Assembly: GCA_030390025.1 (NCBI GenBank)
Contig: CM059432.1
Coordinates: 62,188,001 to 62,252,000, forward strand
Reading direction: 5' to 3'
DNA: 64,000 nucleotides
From: Squalus acanthias
Taxonomy: Eukaryota
Shown here: positions 48,006 through 61,528 of the stretch, one piece after another
Numbering within the stretch: position 1 is the stretch's first letter
Layout of the letters: every line of letters starts with the position of its first letter
The notes under the pieces: model-generated
The model's input: the letters and a program-made list of their open reading frames with translations, nothing else
Database searches by the model: none
Told to the model about the DNA's origin: nothing
Made by a program: the position numbers and the translations under genes

Positions 48006-50599
48006 GTAAGAATGGAGACTGATCCAGAAAATGTATCTTGATTAGCAAGACCCTGTACTCCTGCTGAAGTTATTTCTGGCACAAGCTTAGACTTGCAGGG
48101 CACCAAAGCCCTTGCTGGATATTAGATATTCTTGCTCCAAACATGATACAAAACCTTGATTCAGTGTTCCTCAGGTATCATGTTTTGCTGAACAGCCTAA
48201 TAAAATTGGTCAACCTGCTGTCACACTTTACAGGCCTGTTGGGTTATGATGTTGTGGCTTACATTGATAATACTATTGACATTTATGATTTGTACATGAT
48301 ATTGATTACTGGATATCAGATATACTGTTGTGTAGCTTTTACTTGTGACTCACAATAGAGGGGCAAAGAAGGTACCATTCCAAAGTTAATGTAATTGGAG
48401 GCATAGAATAGTATAATTTATATTATGGAATGCAGTTAATCAAAAATCACATTACTGCCTGTGCTTTACCACAAGAGCCAAGAGATTTAGGAGTTATCTA
48501 TTTAGAACAAAGTTTGGAGTCCAGATCAGTGGATAACTAATGTAGACTTGCATTGTATTGTATTGCCAGTTTATGATGTCGCCAAATAGCAATAAAGCCA
48601 TTGGGCTGAACATCCTCCACTGGTTTTAACCTTTGTTCATTTTATTTTGGGTATGTGTGTTCATTTATGCAAAGAAGAGTACAGAGAAATGGATACTTTT
48701 AAGTCCTGCTGTATCCTTGTTGCTCAAGCTAAATGTTATCAGAATTGCTTTGGAAGTAGTTTAAATATTTAACCAGTACCACATTTGCCAGTTAAAAAGC
48801 TTTAACAGCATAGCATGTGCTAATCATGCATTATTTAAGTTATATTTTGTGATTTGTATTTAGTATTAAACGCACCTCATTAAAACTAGTGCCTCAAGAA
48901 AATAAAAAAGCCATTATTTGTGTTTCAGGAACCTGCCTGACAAATAATTTTTAGTTCTCTTATGTCAGTGCCAATATGGTCAGTAAAATTTGGAATGATT
49001 TATTTTGTCTTGCCAGGTATGATTAAACCCTGTGACAATAGTCATATGAACCACAGTAGGATTCTGTTATATTTAATAAGTCACATTGCAAAAAGGTTGC
49101 TCTGAAACTTGAACTGGATATGACAGAAATGACTATCAATACTGTACCAAGGCATTTGGCAACAGATTAGGGCTTGGTAAAGATTTATCTACAGTAGCCC
49201 ATTTTTTATAGTGCTGTTTTTAAGATCCATACAGAAGTATGTCATGGCAATGGGGGCATGTTGCGTAGAAAATGTTTTATATGATTTCTGCAGGAGACTG
49301 TAAACCCTGTGTGCTATATCAAAGGTGCTGCATTACAGCAGTCCTTGGCTATATCGGGAATTTGTTTGTATCATGTTCACATATTAATGGATTTGGCTTT
49401 AACTGCACTACCCTGCTGACAGTTAACAGCTCCCAGTTTCCTTGATTTATTTATTTTGATATGGCCTAGCTTCTATGAGGACTGCATTTCAGGTTCCCGA
49501 AACAAAAAATAATGCTGCTTTCTGCTGCAAACTATTCAATCCTGCTTGGCTGATCGAGTGTCTATTTTTAAAGATATTTCAATCAACTGAAAAGCAAATA
49601 AGTGATCATTTTCATGAAAGTGATCGGTGTGAATATGATACCACGATAATGTTCTTAACCTTTTTTAAAAATAGCGGGGCGGTGGGAGGGAGGTGAGGTG
49701 GTGGGCGTGCCGGAGAGGACAAAGACAGAAGTTTTTTTTGTTGACAATCTCAGGTATTGGCAGATGAATCGGTTGTTAAATAGCAATCAGAACAAGCTAG
49801 GGCTTGCTTGCTTAACACTTTATGACTGATTGTTCAGTGCCTTTTCTAGTAATGTTTTCAATCTACAGCCTTGCTGTTCAGTGTAATACTAAACCCTGGT
49901 TGAGCAGGTTTTTCCTCTTCCACAAGACACTTTGCAGACTAAAGCAGTCACTGCCTAATACAATAAATAAGAAGAAACATAAATTAATCAGAGTGTGACT
50001 GTTTCTGTAAGTTAGATTTTCTTAATGGTGCAGTTTTTTTGAGTAAGACTTGAAAGGAGCAACTAGAAGGAATGGTCAGTGGGCGCACCATTTGCACAAA
50101 ATATTCTCTATTGCACCCCCCACCCCCACCCCCAATGTTAGGAGCACTATCATTTTTCTAACATATTTTCCTCCTTAAGGTGACTAGCCCCTTGAAATCT
50201 CTGCGCTCTCCAGTTATTTGCAGAGAAAAGCTCACTTCCTCTGCCCTCAAAAGAGCTCTCCCTAATGCATCAATCTGACATTTTACACTTCCTACACCAC
50301 TCATCCTAGGACTTCTCCAAGTGAAAACGCCACTATAGTGTCAGTATAGTCCATGTAATTAGTTGTAATTACACTTTAAATTAGAGCCTTAGTGTCATAG
50401 GAAATGTCAAGAGCAGTGAGTTTCATGTTCTGTGCATGTTGTGATATGTTCACAGTAGTAATTCCTCTGGAGGGCATTCAGGACTTCAGTTGCAAACACT
50501 GTCTACTAATTAATATTCTGATGAAACAGATAGCAGTAATGGAGGGTAGGATTAATGTGCACAGAGATCACTTAATGTGAACAGTACATTAATGATATG

Positions 50600-50980
50600 T
50601 TGCTGCAGTTGGACTTAGTAGGCAAGACAGATGAAGAAGTGGACCAGTCAAGAATTGTCTATTGCAGAAATGATAGAGGAAGAAGAGGTAGGCAAATGGA
50701 ATAGTAAATGGTAACAGTAAGGAGGCGTGATGAGAAGTAGAAGTAACGCAGGGAACAGGTTCCAGGAGCTGGATAACGCTGAAGAAGGAAAGGCAAATTA
50801 ATGAGGACATCATGCTGCCTACAGGAATAAAAAAGAAAGTGCCAATACAAGAATGGAGAAGAAAAGTAAAGATGGTACGAGATTTATCAGTATGATATGC
50901 AAACAGTACTTTCATCTGGAAAGACAAATCTAATAGTTCAGTTATATGTCTGCCTGGACAAAGATGGGAATATTGAGGAA
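50600..50980 (+). mobile_element. Ancient CR1 ORF1 relic
   Basis: Degenerate NRFQELD, KVKMV and ICLPG motifs occur in the order expected for CR1 ORF1 (compare NRFSILD...IVMGDS near 59.2-59.4 kb). Confidence 0.4.
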
Positions 50981-51569
50981 TTAGTAATTACAGTGTAGAA
51001 AAAGGCCATTCAGTCCATTAAGTCTAGTGTTTTTCTCCATATGAGCTGTCTAGTCTAATCCCACTTTCCTGCTCACTCCACATACCCTTCAATAATCCTT
51101 TTTTTTCAAGCAACTATCAAATTCCCTTTTAAAAGCACTCTTGGTCTCTGCTTCAACAACGGTTTGTGGTAAAGAATCCACGTTCTAACCTCCCTCGCTT
51201 CAATTTTTTCTAACCTTCCTTTCAGTTTTTGTGATTATCTGAAACTTATACTCTTGTTACCGTCTCATTGACCAGTGGAAACAGTCTATCTCTCTTTATC
51301 TTATTGTGACACTTAATAATCTTAAAGACCTCTCTATCAGGTCACCACTTAACTTTTTCAGTTCTAGTGAAAAAGCGCGACCTTCTCAATTCTCTCTTCA
51401 TAACTAACTCCTCATTGCTGGTAACTACCTTGAAGGAGATTTTATAATGAAATATAGGATACTTAACAGAATAGAGAAAGTAACAGCACACAACATATAT
51501 GAGATGAAACACAGTACCAGTTGTTAAAGATATTAAAAAAGCCACAAAGAGACAAATATTAACAATGAT

Positions 51570-53708
51570 GTAATAAAGGGGCCTTTAGGGAAGAGTGACC
51601 ATAATATGATAGAATTTTATATTCAGTTTGAAAGTGATTTAGTTAAATCCGAAACTAGGGTCTTAAATCTAAACAAAGCAAACTACATGGTTATGAGGGG
51701 TGAGTTGGCTACAGTAGATTGGGAAACTACATTAAAAGGTATGATGGTAGACAAGCAATGGCTAGCATTTAAAGAATTAATACATAATTTACAACAAATA
51801 TACTTTCCTTTAAGGCACAAAAACCCCACAGGAAAAGTGGTCCAACCGTGGCTAACAAGAGAAGTTAAAGATATTATTAGATCAAAGGAAGCGGCTTATA
51901 ATCTTGTCAAAAAGAGTAGTAAGCCTGAGGATTGGGAGGATTTTAGAATTCAGCAAAGGAGGACCAAGAAATTGATAAAGGGGAAAATAGAATATAAGAG
52001 TAAACTAGCGAGAGACATAAAAACAAGACTGTAAAAGCTTCTATAGGTATGTAAAAAGGAAAAGATTAGGAAAAGTAAATGTGGGTCCCTTATAGGCTGA
52101 GACAGGAGAAGTTATAATGGGGAATAAGGAAATGGCAGAGAAATTAAATAAATGCTTTGTGTCTGTCTTCACGGAAGAAGACGCAAGAAACATCCCGGAA
52201 ATAGTGGAGAACCAAGGCTCTCGCGAGAATGAGGAACTGAAAGAAATTTAGTATTAGTAAAAAAAATAGTACTAGAGAAATTAATGGGACTGAAAGCCGA
52301 TAAATCCCCATGACCTGATGGCCTACATCCTAGGGTTTTGAAAGAGGTGGCTATAGAGATAGTGGATGCATTGGTTGTCATTTTCCAAAATTCCATAGAT
52401 TCTGGAAGGGTTCCCGTGTATTGGAAGGTAGCAAATGTAACCCCACTATTTAAGAAAGGAGGGAGAGAGAAAATGGGGGACTACAGACCAGTTAGCCTGA
52501 CATCAGTAAAAAGGAAAATGCTAGAATCTATTATTAAGGACGTGGTAACAGGGCACTTAGAAAATAATAATAGGATTGGGCAGAGTCAACACAGATTTAT
52601 GAAAGAGAAATCATGTTTGACAAATCTGTTAGTTTTTTGATGTTGTAACAAGCAGAATAGATAAGGGGGAACCAGTGAATGTGGTGTATTTGGATTTTCA
52701 GAAGGTATTCGATAAGGTGCCACACAAGAAGTTATTAAACAAAATTAGGGCTCATGGATTGGGAGTAATATACTAGCATGGATTGAGGATTGGTTAACGG
52801 ACAGAAAACAGAAAGTAGGAATAAACGGGTCATTTTCGGGTTGGCAGGCTGTAACTAGTGGGGCAATTATATAGGGCCATGGTGAGACCACACCTGGAGT
52901 ATTATGTACAGTTTTGGTCTCCTTACCTAAGGAAGGATATACTTGCCATAGAGGGAGTGCAACGAAGGTTCGCCAGACTGGTTCCTGGGATGGAGGGATT
53001 GTCCTATGAGGAGAGATTGAGTAGCCTAGGCCTATATTCTCTAGCGTTTAGAAGAATGAGAGGTGATCTCATTGAAACATACAAAATTCTTACAGGGCTT
53101 GACAGAGTAGATGCAGGGAGGATGTTTTCCCTGGCTGGGGAGTCTAGAACCAGGGGTCGCAGTCTCAGAATAAGGGGTCGGCCATTTAGAACTGAGATGA
53201 GGAGAAATTTCTTCACTGAGGGTGGTGAATCTTTGGAATACTCTACCGCAGAGGGCTGTGGAGGCTCAGTCGTTGAATATATTCAAGACAGAGATCGATA
53301 GATTTTTGAATATTAAGGGAATCGAGATATGGGGATAGTGCAGGAAATGGGCAAGAGATACAGGGGGGATGTGAGGAAAAATGTTTTACACAGTGAGTGG
53401 TGATGACCTGGAATTCGCTGCCGATGGAAGTGGTGGAAGCGGAGATACTGAATGTTTTCAAGGGGAGACTGGATAGGCACTTGAGGGAAATAAACTTGCA
53501 GGGCTACGGGGATAGAGCGGGGGAATGGGACTGACTGGATTGCTCTACACAGAGCCGGCACAGACTCGATGGGCCGAATGGCCTCCTTCTGTGCCTCTAT
53601 GACTCTAAGTGGAGATGAGGTCGAAGATCAGCCATGATCTTATTGAACGGCAGAGCAAGCTCGAAGGGCCAAATGGCCTACTCCTGCTCCTATTTCTTAT
53701 GTTCTTAA
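51570..53708 (+). mobile_element. CR1, same subfamily as 6033-8874, with RT deletion near 52862 and a nested CR1 3' end at about 53349-53606
   Basis: Near-identical to 6625-8874. It jumps from gtaactagtggg to gcaattatatagggcc. The nested piece matches the reverse complement of 1070-1330. Confidence 0.9.
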
Positions 53709-53897
53709 GATGTAGCAAGGTCGTAAAGATAAAAATGGCGTTAAGCAGATTGCATTATATCTGCTGTAATGACAGAAACTGTACTGCAGGGAGGAATTTC
53801 CGTGGTCCAAATCACACTCTGTCCTAATTCACATTGTACTTATCTTTAAAGGTTAAAGTCACCTCTAACCGTAGGATGCAGAGCGGAATACAAGATG

Positions 53898-54368
53898 TAC
53901 TGTCAACTGTGGCTCAGCAGTAGCATTCTCGCCTCTAATTCAGAAGATTGTGGGTTCCAGTCCCACTCCAGAGACTTGAGCACATAATCTAGGCTAACAC
54001 TGCAACGCCTTACTGAGGGGGTACGGCACTGTTGAAGGTGCCGTCTTTCGGATAAGATGTTAAACTGAGGCCCCGTCTGCCCTCTCAGGTGGATGGAAAA
54101 GATCCCATGTCACTATTTCATAGAAGAGCCAAGGAGTTCTACCTGGTGTCCTGGCCAACATTTATCCCTCAACCAACATCACTTAAAACAGATTATCTGG
54201 TCATTATCACATTGCTGTTTGTGGGACCTTGCTGTGTGCAAATTGGCTGCCATGTTTCCTACATTACAACAGAGTGACTACACTTCAAAAGTACTTCATT
54301 GGCTGTAAAGTGTTTTGGGATGCCTGAGGTTGTGGAAGGTGCTATATAAATGCAAGTCTTTCTTTCTT
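53898..54368 (+). mobile_element. Deu-domain tRNA SINE, full length
   Basis: Homologous to 30488-30931. Partial copies also occur at about 44795-44915 (-) and 61005-61288 (+). Confidence 0.75.
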
Positions 54369-54399
54369 TATATTATCCAAAACTCCTATCCACATCAAG

Positions 54400-54535
54400 T
54401 CCTCGTTGACCAACATTACTTCCTGGTCCTCCAATACCTCAAATTTAAAATTCTCATCTTTATGTTTAAATCCCTTCATGGCATCGTTCCTCCCTATCTC
54501 TGTAACCTTCTCCAGTCCTACAACCCTCTTCCCCC
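54400..54535 (+). mobile_element. L2 fragment
   Basis: LKFKILIFMFKSLHGIVPPYLCNLLQSYNP. Confidence 0.7.
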
Positions 54536-55599
54536 CCGGCCCCAAACCTCACCCCCCCCTCACTCAAACGAAGAGTGTGAATAAAGTGGGGAGGAGGGTC
54601 TTTTATATTTGGAATTGTAATTTTAATAAAATTGAATAGTTTTTAATGATGTGCAATAAGTAATGTGATAACATTGCATTACCAGTTATGTCATTGCTCT
54701 TTCCCTTGTACACAGTTTAGCAAAATGTTTTCCTGTGAGTATGTGTAAATGCAACAAAAATACATACATACATACAATAAACCTATTTCCTGGCTCTGCT
54801 TTCTGTATTTTCACTTCTCTGCGTGAAAGCTTTTTTATTCGTTTTCAATACTACTTAATCTCCTATAACATTGGTCATGCTGTAAGGTGATATGTTGTTT
54901 TATTCTGTGCTCTGAGCCCTCCTGTTCATGGCAGAACCACAAATGCACCCCTCATTTCCTTACACACACCCCCACCCCCCTTGCAAAAGTGTTTCTCCCT
55001 TTTTCTTCCCTTACTGACCAGTAGAGTGCGACTGTATGCATCTCTCTCTCTTCCGTCTGCGCCCCCCCCCCCCCCAAATAGTTTCTGCACTCCAATAGGT
55101 TCTCTGCCTTTACCTCCCACAACAGGGTATTTCTTCATTTCTCCTCTCTCACCCGGCTCAACATGGTCTGTTTGCGTGTCTTGCCCCATTATGCTTTTTT
55201 CTTTCTCTCTTTTGTTCTGGTTTCTCCCACCCCTCTTAACATTGTCTCTCCCACTCTCTTTCTTCCCCATTTCTAATAACCCTGAATCCCATTTGTTGGC
55301 TAGAACCTGTCTTGTTCCTTCTTGAAACTGATTAAGGTTTCTTGTTCCCCCACCCATGCCAGTAACCTGTTCCACAAATTCGAAGTGTGAAGTGTATGGA
55401 GATGCCAGCGATTTAACACGGGGCATCATAGATGCAAAACATGCACACTCTACCACTGAGCCACATCCCCGATTGTGGGCTTAGAGTGTAAAGGGAGCCC
55501 CATGGAATTTCATGTGGGCATCCTGTTTCTTCTTCTTTGTAGGAAGAAACTGAGGAGGAACAGAAGCCTGGCTTATCTGACGTCATAGGAGGAGGATGT

Positions 55600-58500
55600 G
55601 ATCTGACCCTCCAGCCAGTACCCACTGTACATAGGAAAAAGACCCTGGCCCTCCTACCTGCAACAGAGCTAGGAGCTCTGCTTGAGGACCCTGTGCTTGA
55701 GCAGGGAAGCCCTGAATGGCATGCTGGCTTTTGGAACCAAATCTTTAGCCTACCTCCGATATTAGAACAGCAGCACCATACAGTACAGAAAGAGGCCCTT
55801 CGGCCCATCGTGTCCACGCTGGCCATCAAGCCCTGTCTATTCTAATCCCATTTTCCAGCACTTGGTCCTTGTATGCTATGGCGCTTCAAGTGCTCATCTA
55901 AATGCTTCTTGGATGTTTTGAGGGTTCCTGCCTCTACCACCCTTTCAGCCAGTGAGTTCCAGATTCCAACCACCCTCTGGGTGAAAAAGTTTTTCCTCAA
56001 ATCCCCTCTAAACCTCCTGCCCCTTACCTTGAAACTATGCCCCCTGGTTATTGACCCCTCTACTAAGGGGAAAAGTTCCTTTCTATCTACCCTATCTATG
56101 CCCCTCATAATTTTGTACACCTCAATCAGATCCCCCCCTCAGCCTTCTCTGCTCTAAGGAAAACAACCCCAGCCTGTCCAGTCTCTTTTCATAGCTGAAG
56201 CGCTGCAGTCCACGTAACATCCTGGTGAATCTCCTCTGCACCCTCTCCAATGCAATCACATCCTTCCTATAGTGTGGCGACCAGAACTGCACACAGTATT
56301 CCAGCAGTGGCCTAACTACCGTTTTGTACAGCTCCATCATAACCTCCCTGCTCTTATATTCTATGCCTCGGCTAATGAAGGCAAGTATCCCATATACCTT
56401 TTTAACCACCTTATCTACCTGTCCTGCTGCCTTCAGGGATCTATGTACATGCACACCAAGGTCCCTCTGATCCCCTGACCTTCCTAGGGTCCTACCATTC
56501 ATTGTGTATTCCCTTGCCTTGTTAGGCCTCCCAAAATGCATCACCTCACACTTTTCAGGGTTAAATTCCATTTGCCACTGTTCTGCCCATCTAACCAACC
56601 CATCTATATCGTCCTGTAGCCTGAGGCTTCCCTCCTCGCTATTTACCACTCCACCAATTTTCGTGTCATCTGCGAACTTACTGATCATACCTCCTACATT
56701 CATATCTAAATCATTAATGTACACTACAAACAGCAAAGGACCCAGCACCGATCCCTGCGGTACACCACTGGACACAGGCTTCCAGTCACAAAAACAACCT
56801 TCGACCATCACCCTCTGCCTCCTGCCACTAAGCCAATTTTGGATCCAATGTGCCAAATTGCCCTGGATCCCATGGGCTCTTACCTTCTTGACCAGTCTCC
56901 CATGTGGGATTTTGTCAAAAGCCTTACTGAAGTCCATGTAGACTACATCAACTGCACTATCCTCATCCACACACCTAGTCACCCCCTCTCAAAATTCAAT
57001 CAAATTGGTCTGACATGATCACCCCCTGACACAGCCATGCTGACTATCCTTGCCTCTCCAAGTGGAGACTAATTCTGTCCCTCAGAATTTTTTCCAATAA
57101 TTTCCCTACCACTGATGTTAGGCTCACTGGCCTGTAATTCCCTAGTTTATCCCTACTACCCTTCTTGAATAATGGTACTACGTTAGCTGTTCTCCAGACC
57201 TCTGGCACCTCCCCTGTGGCCAGAGAGGTTCTGAAAATTTGTGCCAGAGCCCCTGCAATCTCCTCCCTTGCCTCACACAGCAGTCTGGGATACATCTTGT
57301 CTGGGCCTGGGGATTTATCCACTTTTAAGCTCGCTAAAACCGCTAGTACCTCCTCCCTCTCAATACTAATTTGTTCAAGTATATCACAATCCCCCTGCCT
57401 GATTTCTATGCCTACATCGTCCTTCTCCATAGTGAACACAGATGCAAAATATTCATTTAAAACCTCACCTACATCTTCCAGCTCTACACACAGCTTGCCA
57501 CTTTGGTCCCTAATTGGCCCTACTCTTTCCCTGGTTATCCTCTTGCCCTTAATATACTTATAAAACACCTTGGGATTTTCCTTTATTTTGCCTGCCAGTG
57601 TTTTTTCATGCCCCCTCTTCGCTCTCCTAATTTCTTTTTTAAGTACCCCACTGCACTTTCTATACTCCTCTAGGGCTTCCACTGTTTTTAGTCCTTTGTA
57701 TCTGCCAAAAGCCTCCCTTTTTTTCCTAATTCATTCTTGTGTATCCCTTGACATCCAGGGTTCCCTGGGCTTGTTGGTCCCACCCTTGACCTTTACGGGA
57801 ACATGTTGGCGTTGTACTCTCCCTATTTCCTTTCTGTGAGACTCCCACTGCTCTGATGTGGATTTTCCTACAAGTAGCTGATCCCAGTCCACTTTGGCCA
57901 GATCCTGCCTTTCATATTAAAATCGGCCTTTCCCCAATTTAGAACCTTTATTTCCGGTCCATCTTTGTCCTTTTCCATGACTACCTTAAATCTCACTGAA
58001 TTATGGTCACTGTCACCAAAATGCTCTCCTGCTGACAAATCTACCACTTGCCCGGCTACATTCCCTAGAATTAGGTCCAGTACCGCCCCCTCTCTTGTAG
58101 GACTTTCTACATGCTGGCTCAAAAAGCTCTCCTGGATGCACTTTAAGAATTCCGCACCCTCTAAGCCTTTCACACTCTGACTATCCCAGTTAATATTGGG
58201 GAAGTTGAAATCCCCTACTATTATTACCTTATTATTTCTACATTTCTCTGAGATTTGCTTACATATCTGTTCCTCTATCTCCCCCTGACTGTTTGGGGGC
58301 CTATAGTACACTCCCAGCAAAGTGCTTGCCCCATTTTTGTTTTTAAGTTCTACCCATATGGCCTCATTAGAGGAATCTGCTAAGATATCATCCCTCCTTA
58401 CAGCAGTAATTGACTCCTTGATTAATATTGCGACACCCCCTCTTCTTTTACACCCCCTCTGTCTCGCCTGAAGATTCTATACCCCGGAATATTGAGCTGA

Positions 58501-60530
58501 CAGTCCTGCCTCTCCCTCAACCATGTCTCTGTGATAGCAACAATATCATACTCCCATGTGTTCATCAACACCTTCAATTCATCTGCCTTACTCGCAAGAC
58601 TCCTTGCATTAAAATAAATGCCATCCAGCCTTGCCATACTCCCTTGTGCCGTTACATATTTGCTCTGCCTTCCAGGCTGACTTGTTTTTTCCTCCATATT
58701 TGGCTGTGCATCACCCCCTACTATAGCTCCACTCCATATCCCATCCCCCTGCCAAGTTAGTTTAAACCCCCCCCCCCCAACAGTACTAGCAAACCTCCCC
58801 GCAAGGATGTTGGTCCCGTTCTGGTTCAGGTGCAACCCGTCCGACTTGTACAGGTCCCACCTTCCCCAGAAGCAGACCCAGTGATCCAGGAAACTAAAGC
58901 CCTCCCTCCTGCACCAACTGTTTAGCCACGCATTCATCTGCTCTATCCTCCTATTCCTATACTCACTAGCATGTGGCACCGGGAGTAATCCAGAGATTAC
59001 AACCTTTGAGGTCCTGCTTTTTAATCTGCTACCTAGCTCCCTAAATTCTTGTTGCAGGACCTCATCCCTCTTTCTACCTATGTCATTGGTACCAATGTGA
59101 ACCATGACCTCTGACTGTTCGCCCTCCCCCTTCAGAATGCCCTGCAACCGTTCAGTGACATCCTTGACCCTGGCATCCTGGAGTCACGTCTGCGGCCACA
59201 GAAACGTCTATGTGTTCCCCTTACGATAGAATCCCCCATCACTATTGCTCTCCCACTCTTCTTCCTCCCCTCCTGTGCAGCTGAGCCACTCATAGTGCCA
59301 CGGACTTGGCTCTTGCTGCATTCCCTTGAGAAACCATCTCCCCCATCAGTATCCAAAATGGAAAATCTGTTGGAGAGGGAGATGGACCCAGGGGACTCCT
59401 GCACTACCTTCCTAGTTCTTTTACTCTGTCTGGCGGTCGCTCATTTCCTGTCTGCCTGTGCACTCTTTACCTGCGGTGTGACCACCTCGTTAAACGTGCT
59501 ATCCACGAAGATCTCTGCTTCGCGGATGGTCCACAGTGACTCCAGCTGCAGCTCTAGCTCTGAAACGCGGATTTCGAGTAGCTGCAGCTGGAGACACTTC
59601 CTGCACATGTGTTCGCCCTGGGCACCAAAAGTGTCCCTGACTTCCCACATAGCACAGGAGGAGCACTCCGAGCTGCCCTGCCATGTCCTACCCTTAATTT
59701 ACTCCCTTTACTTCCTTTTAAATTAAAGAATATTAAATACACTCGGGACCTTACTTCCCTTTAAACACTACTTACTCTAAACTAGAGACCTTACTTTTAC
59801 TTTAACGACTGGAGTGTAGAAATACTCACCAGGTCCTACTTACCAATCAGCTCCTTCCCTGGTTATGACGTCACTTTAGCGGTTTTGCAGTTGTTGTTGT
59901 TTGACTGCTCCCGCTCTCGGACTCTTCACTGCCCATCAAAGTCACCACAGCCTTGAATTTGTTTGCTTTAGGATAATTCCAATCTACTAGGGAGACATAA
60001 CTAATTTCAGTCAATCGGCAGCATACGACAGCCTCCATCAGGTTGCTAATGCCTTATTTGCCGAAGGAGAGCAGTTCATCAGTTTTGGAATGGTCCGTAT
60101 CAGCAACAGAGCAGAGCTGTTCAGATGAGTGTTTCTGACTTGCTCAAGGTGCAGGCTGTCATAGATAGCGCTCATGTAGCTATCAATGGCTACTTGGCGA
60201 CAAAGGATAGTCAGTACGACTTTGGTGGTTGATACCAATGTGGATGCCCACAACACCTGCAAAACACTGGTACAGAGACCTAGGCTGCTACAAGATTCCT
60301 AATAGAGCTGAAGGGTCAATTTAGATGCCTGGATCTTTCAGGAGGGTCTCTGCAAAATGGTCCCACTGGAGTCTCCCGGTTAATTATGTTGTATTGCATG
60401 CTCACCCTCCAAAGAGGTCTACTTATAGAGGCGGAAGGAGAGCCAGGTCTGCATGACAAACCAGCATTAGCAGGAAGAGGAAGCTGATGACTATTCATTA
60501 CCAGCTTCAGGAGTCATCTGTAACCAGGAA
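55600..60530 (+). pseudogene. Old Harbinger transposase relic (element 4) split by a full-length CR1
   Basis: Left flank ELCLRTLCLSREAL...LEPNL*PTSDIRTA; right flank LPIKVTTALNLFA...SQSAAY...VANALF...KVQAVIDSAHVAI...LKGQFRCLDLSGGSLQ. The two parts are collinear across the CR1. Confidence 0.75.
55778..59925 (-). mobile_element. Near full-length CR1 LINE (5' UTR, ORF1 zinc finger/zipper + esterase, ORF2 EN + RT, 3' UTR), with stops and frameshifts
   Basis: ORF1 WEV...CRKCLQLQLLEIRVSELELQL, IVMGDSIVR, HIGTND, DGLHL (SGNH esterase-like). ORF2 YFNARSL...[35 protein letters not shown]. Confidence 0.95.
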
Positions 60531-61440
60531 GCTTGATTAACTTGTTCTAGGTCCTTATAACTCAGAAAACTGAAGTAATAGAATAAAACATATTTAAAAC
60601 TCACTGGTATATTTGTACTAATTTGAGAGAATGATGGTTGTACCACCACAATTGAATGTCAAGTAACTCAGAAATATTTTACTTTTAATTTATTATCTAA
60701 TGGAGAACAGGTAAACATTTTTAAATTTTTTTTATTTTTGGAATCAGCAAACTTTATCCAACTGGGACTGAAGTTTACAGTAACTCTTGATTGTCTATTT
60801 GAACTTTTGTTTTCATCACATTTAAAGTCTTTTGAAAGTAGTTTCCACAACTTTTTTCCAATACCATTCTTTTTGAAAGGGTGCTCTGTCGTCCAGTACC
60901 TTAGGGTGGGATTCTTTTGTGGATTGTTCCTTATCCTAGTACTGTAGTATCATATTTATTGAACAGGAATAAGGGGTTGGGATGAGACATTACACCAAGG
61001 GCCAGTCTGCCTGTTAAGATGTATGTAAAATATCCCATGGCACTATTCGAAGAAGAGCAGGGGAATTCTCCCTTTCTGACCAACATTCCCCCTCAACCAT
61101 CACCACTAAACCAATTAACTGGTCATTTATCACACTGCTGTTTGTGGTACCTTGCTGTGTTCAAATTGGTTGCGATATATGCCTACAAAACAACTGTGCC
61201 TCCACTCAAAATAATTAATTTGTTACGAAGCGCTTTGGGATCTCCTGAGGATGTGAAAGGCACTATATAAATGCAAACTTTTCTTTCTAAGAGTCTGGTT
61301 AATGTAGAGGAAAAATTTAAACCATTATGTTGTCAAGACATGTTTTTTGCTTACTAAAATTAACAGTGGTGTTATTGTGCAAGTAAAACCCAGTTTAAGA
61401 TTTCAGTGTGTTTTGATCTGGCTTGCATTTTATCTCTCAG

Positions 61441-61528
61441 GTCTTCAGGACTCTTCAGTCTGATTGAAAGTCTTTGGCCTCCATTGGTTCCTCCAAAAGT
61501 CCATGGCCAAAGCCAAGGCAATCAAGAG
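61441..61528 (+). CDS. SPIDR: SPIDR coding exon D
   Basis: tctctcag|G acceptor and GAG|gtaatg donor. Translates SSGLFSLIESLWPPLVPPKVHGQSQGNQE, versus human TAGIFSLIDTLWPPAIPLKTPG. Length 88 nt, phase 2 in, phase 0 out. Confidence 0.92.

Noticed and set aside
54926..55456. 176-aa minus-strand ORF
   Set aside because: It derives from low-complexity pyrimidine-rich sequence with no recognisable domain or splice context.
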